Assembly (NCBI GenBank): GCA_965200155.1
Contig: CBDATR010000025.1
Coordinates: 1-30,461 of the forward strand
DNA from: Nitrosopumilaceae archaeon
GTDB taxonomy: Archaea > Thermoproteota > Nitrososphaeria > Nitrososphaerales > Nitrosopumilaceae
Length of the DNA: 30,461 nucleotides
Direction of reading: 5' to 3'
The notes beneath the pieces were generated by a model. The model made no database searches and was not told the DNA's origin. It saw only the letters and a program-made list of their open reading frames with translations. The translations under genes and the position numbers were made by a program. Below are positions 29,654 to 30,461 of this stretch, piece after piece (the first letter of the stretch is position 1; each line of letters starts with the position of its first letter).

Positions 29654-29660
29654 GTCTTGT

Positions 29661-30461
29661 GTATGAGTTCACGTGTTTTGATCACATAATAATATAGAAT
29701 ACATCCCAGTTTTTTTAATTATAACTGCATTCTGGCAGCAACCTCGTTCATTACAGAAAGGCCTTGAGCCCTCCATGTCTGAACGCATGATACGAATGTA
29801 GACATGCGGCGCATTGCCCTTTCGCCACCCTTTATCTGGCCACTAATCTTGCGGAATACCACTGCGTATCGCAAAGCCTGCTCCGCTGGATTGTTGGTGG
29901 GCTCTACACTGTCATATTCTAAGAATACGAACATGCCTGGTATGGCCTTATTCAATCCTTTTACCTTCTTTTGTAGTTCAGTATCATCAACATCACAGTA
30001 CTGATGCATCTGCTCCTGTCTCAAATGAGTGTCGTAATTGCACGGACGGCCCGCAGCGATTCAGGGATTCCCGTGCGCTCCGGAACAATCCTTTCAGGTC
30101 GTTGTCAAGTTTGATCCGGGCGTCCTGAGCACCGGGATCGATATAGAATCCTGCATGTAATGCCTGGGTATCGCGCAATAAATGCGCCCAACACAACTGG
30201 TGCTTCCCACCGTCATCAAACCGGCGATACACAACGTACCTGTCCGTTACTATCGCTCCATGGTAACCGTTCAGGTATTTGTTCACTACATTTGAACTCC
30301 TACTTTTGTATATCATCCACTCTTCGGCTCGCATCCCCCATACCCAGCCACGCCTACCCGCCAGTGATATACCAGTTTCGTCCACATGAATGCTGGGTGA
30401 TTTTATTATATTTTCATGAATTGTTTCCATAAATGATTCACATGCATCGGCGGCCCTGGCA
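29661..30461 (-). mobile_element. IS66-family element, transposase (TnpC) with frameshift, runs off the right edge
   Basis: Motifs HVDETG, VTDRY, QLCWAHLLRD and EPTNNPAEQALR...RKISG. The right end GTATGAGTTCACGT is shared with the MITE. Confidence 0.93.

Overview
Archaeal chromosomal DNA from a Nitrososphaeria (Thaumarchaeota, Nitrosopumilaceae/Cenarchaeum-like) organism. The taxon is inferred from gene content, and a host-associated lifestyle is only suggested by the heavy IS decay. Housekeeping genes include a BCP peroxiredoxin, mqnC, a UbiD decarboxylase, an MTHFR-like protein, a Nudix hydrolase, mvk, msrA, DUF309, apgM, thi4 (with an in-frame TGA), SIMPL, a J-domain protein and tRNA-Phe. 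They are separated by clusters of decayed IS481, IS5 (IS903-like), IS3 and IS66 elements. A 92-bp IS66-derived MITE (TIR GTATGAGTTCAC, 8-bp TSD) is present in about 11 copies. It nests inside itself and other elements and has mobilised a composite unit. The most striking signal is three unrelated loci (4760-4868, 13139-13243, 19042-19151) where 36-37 bp of local sequence is directly duplicated around a unique 35-36 bp insert. Two of them have an empty site in a paralogous IS5 copy in this window. That geometry matches CRISPR spacer integration at non-CRISPR targets, but no cas gene lies in the window, so the mechanism is inference. Also notable is an SF2 helicase with a PKD-like domain inserted between its two RecA domains.
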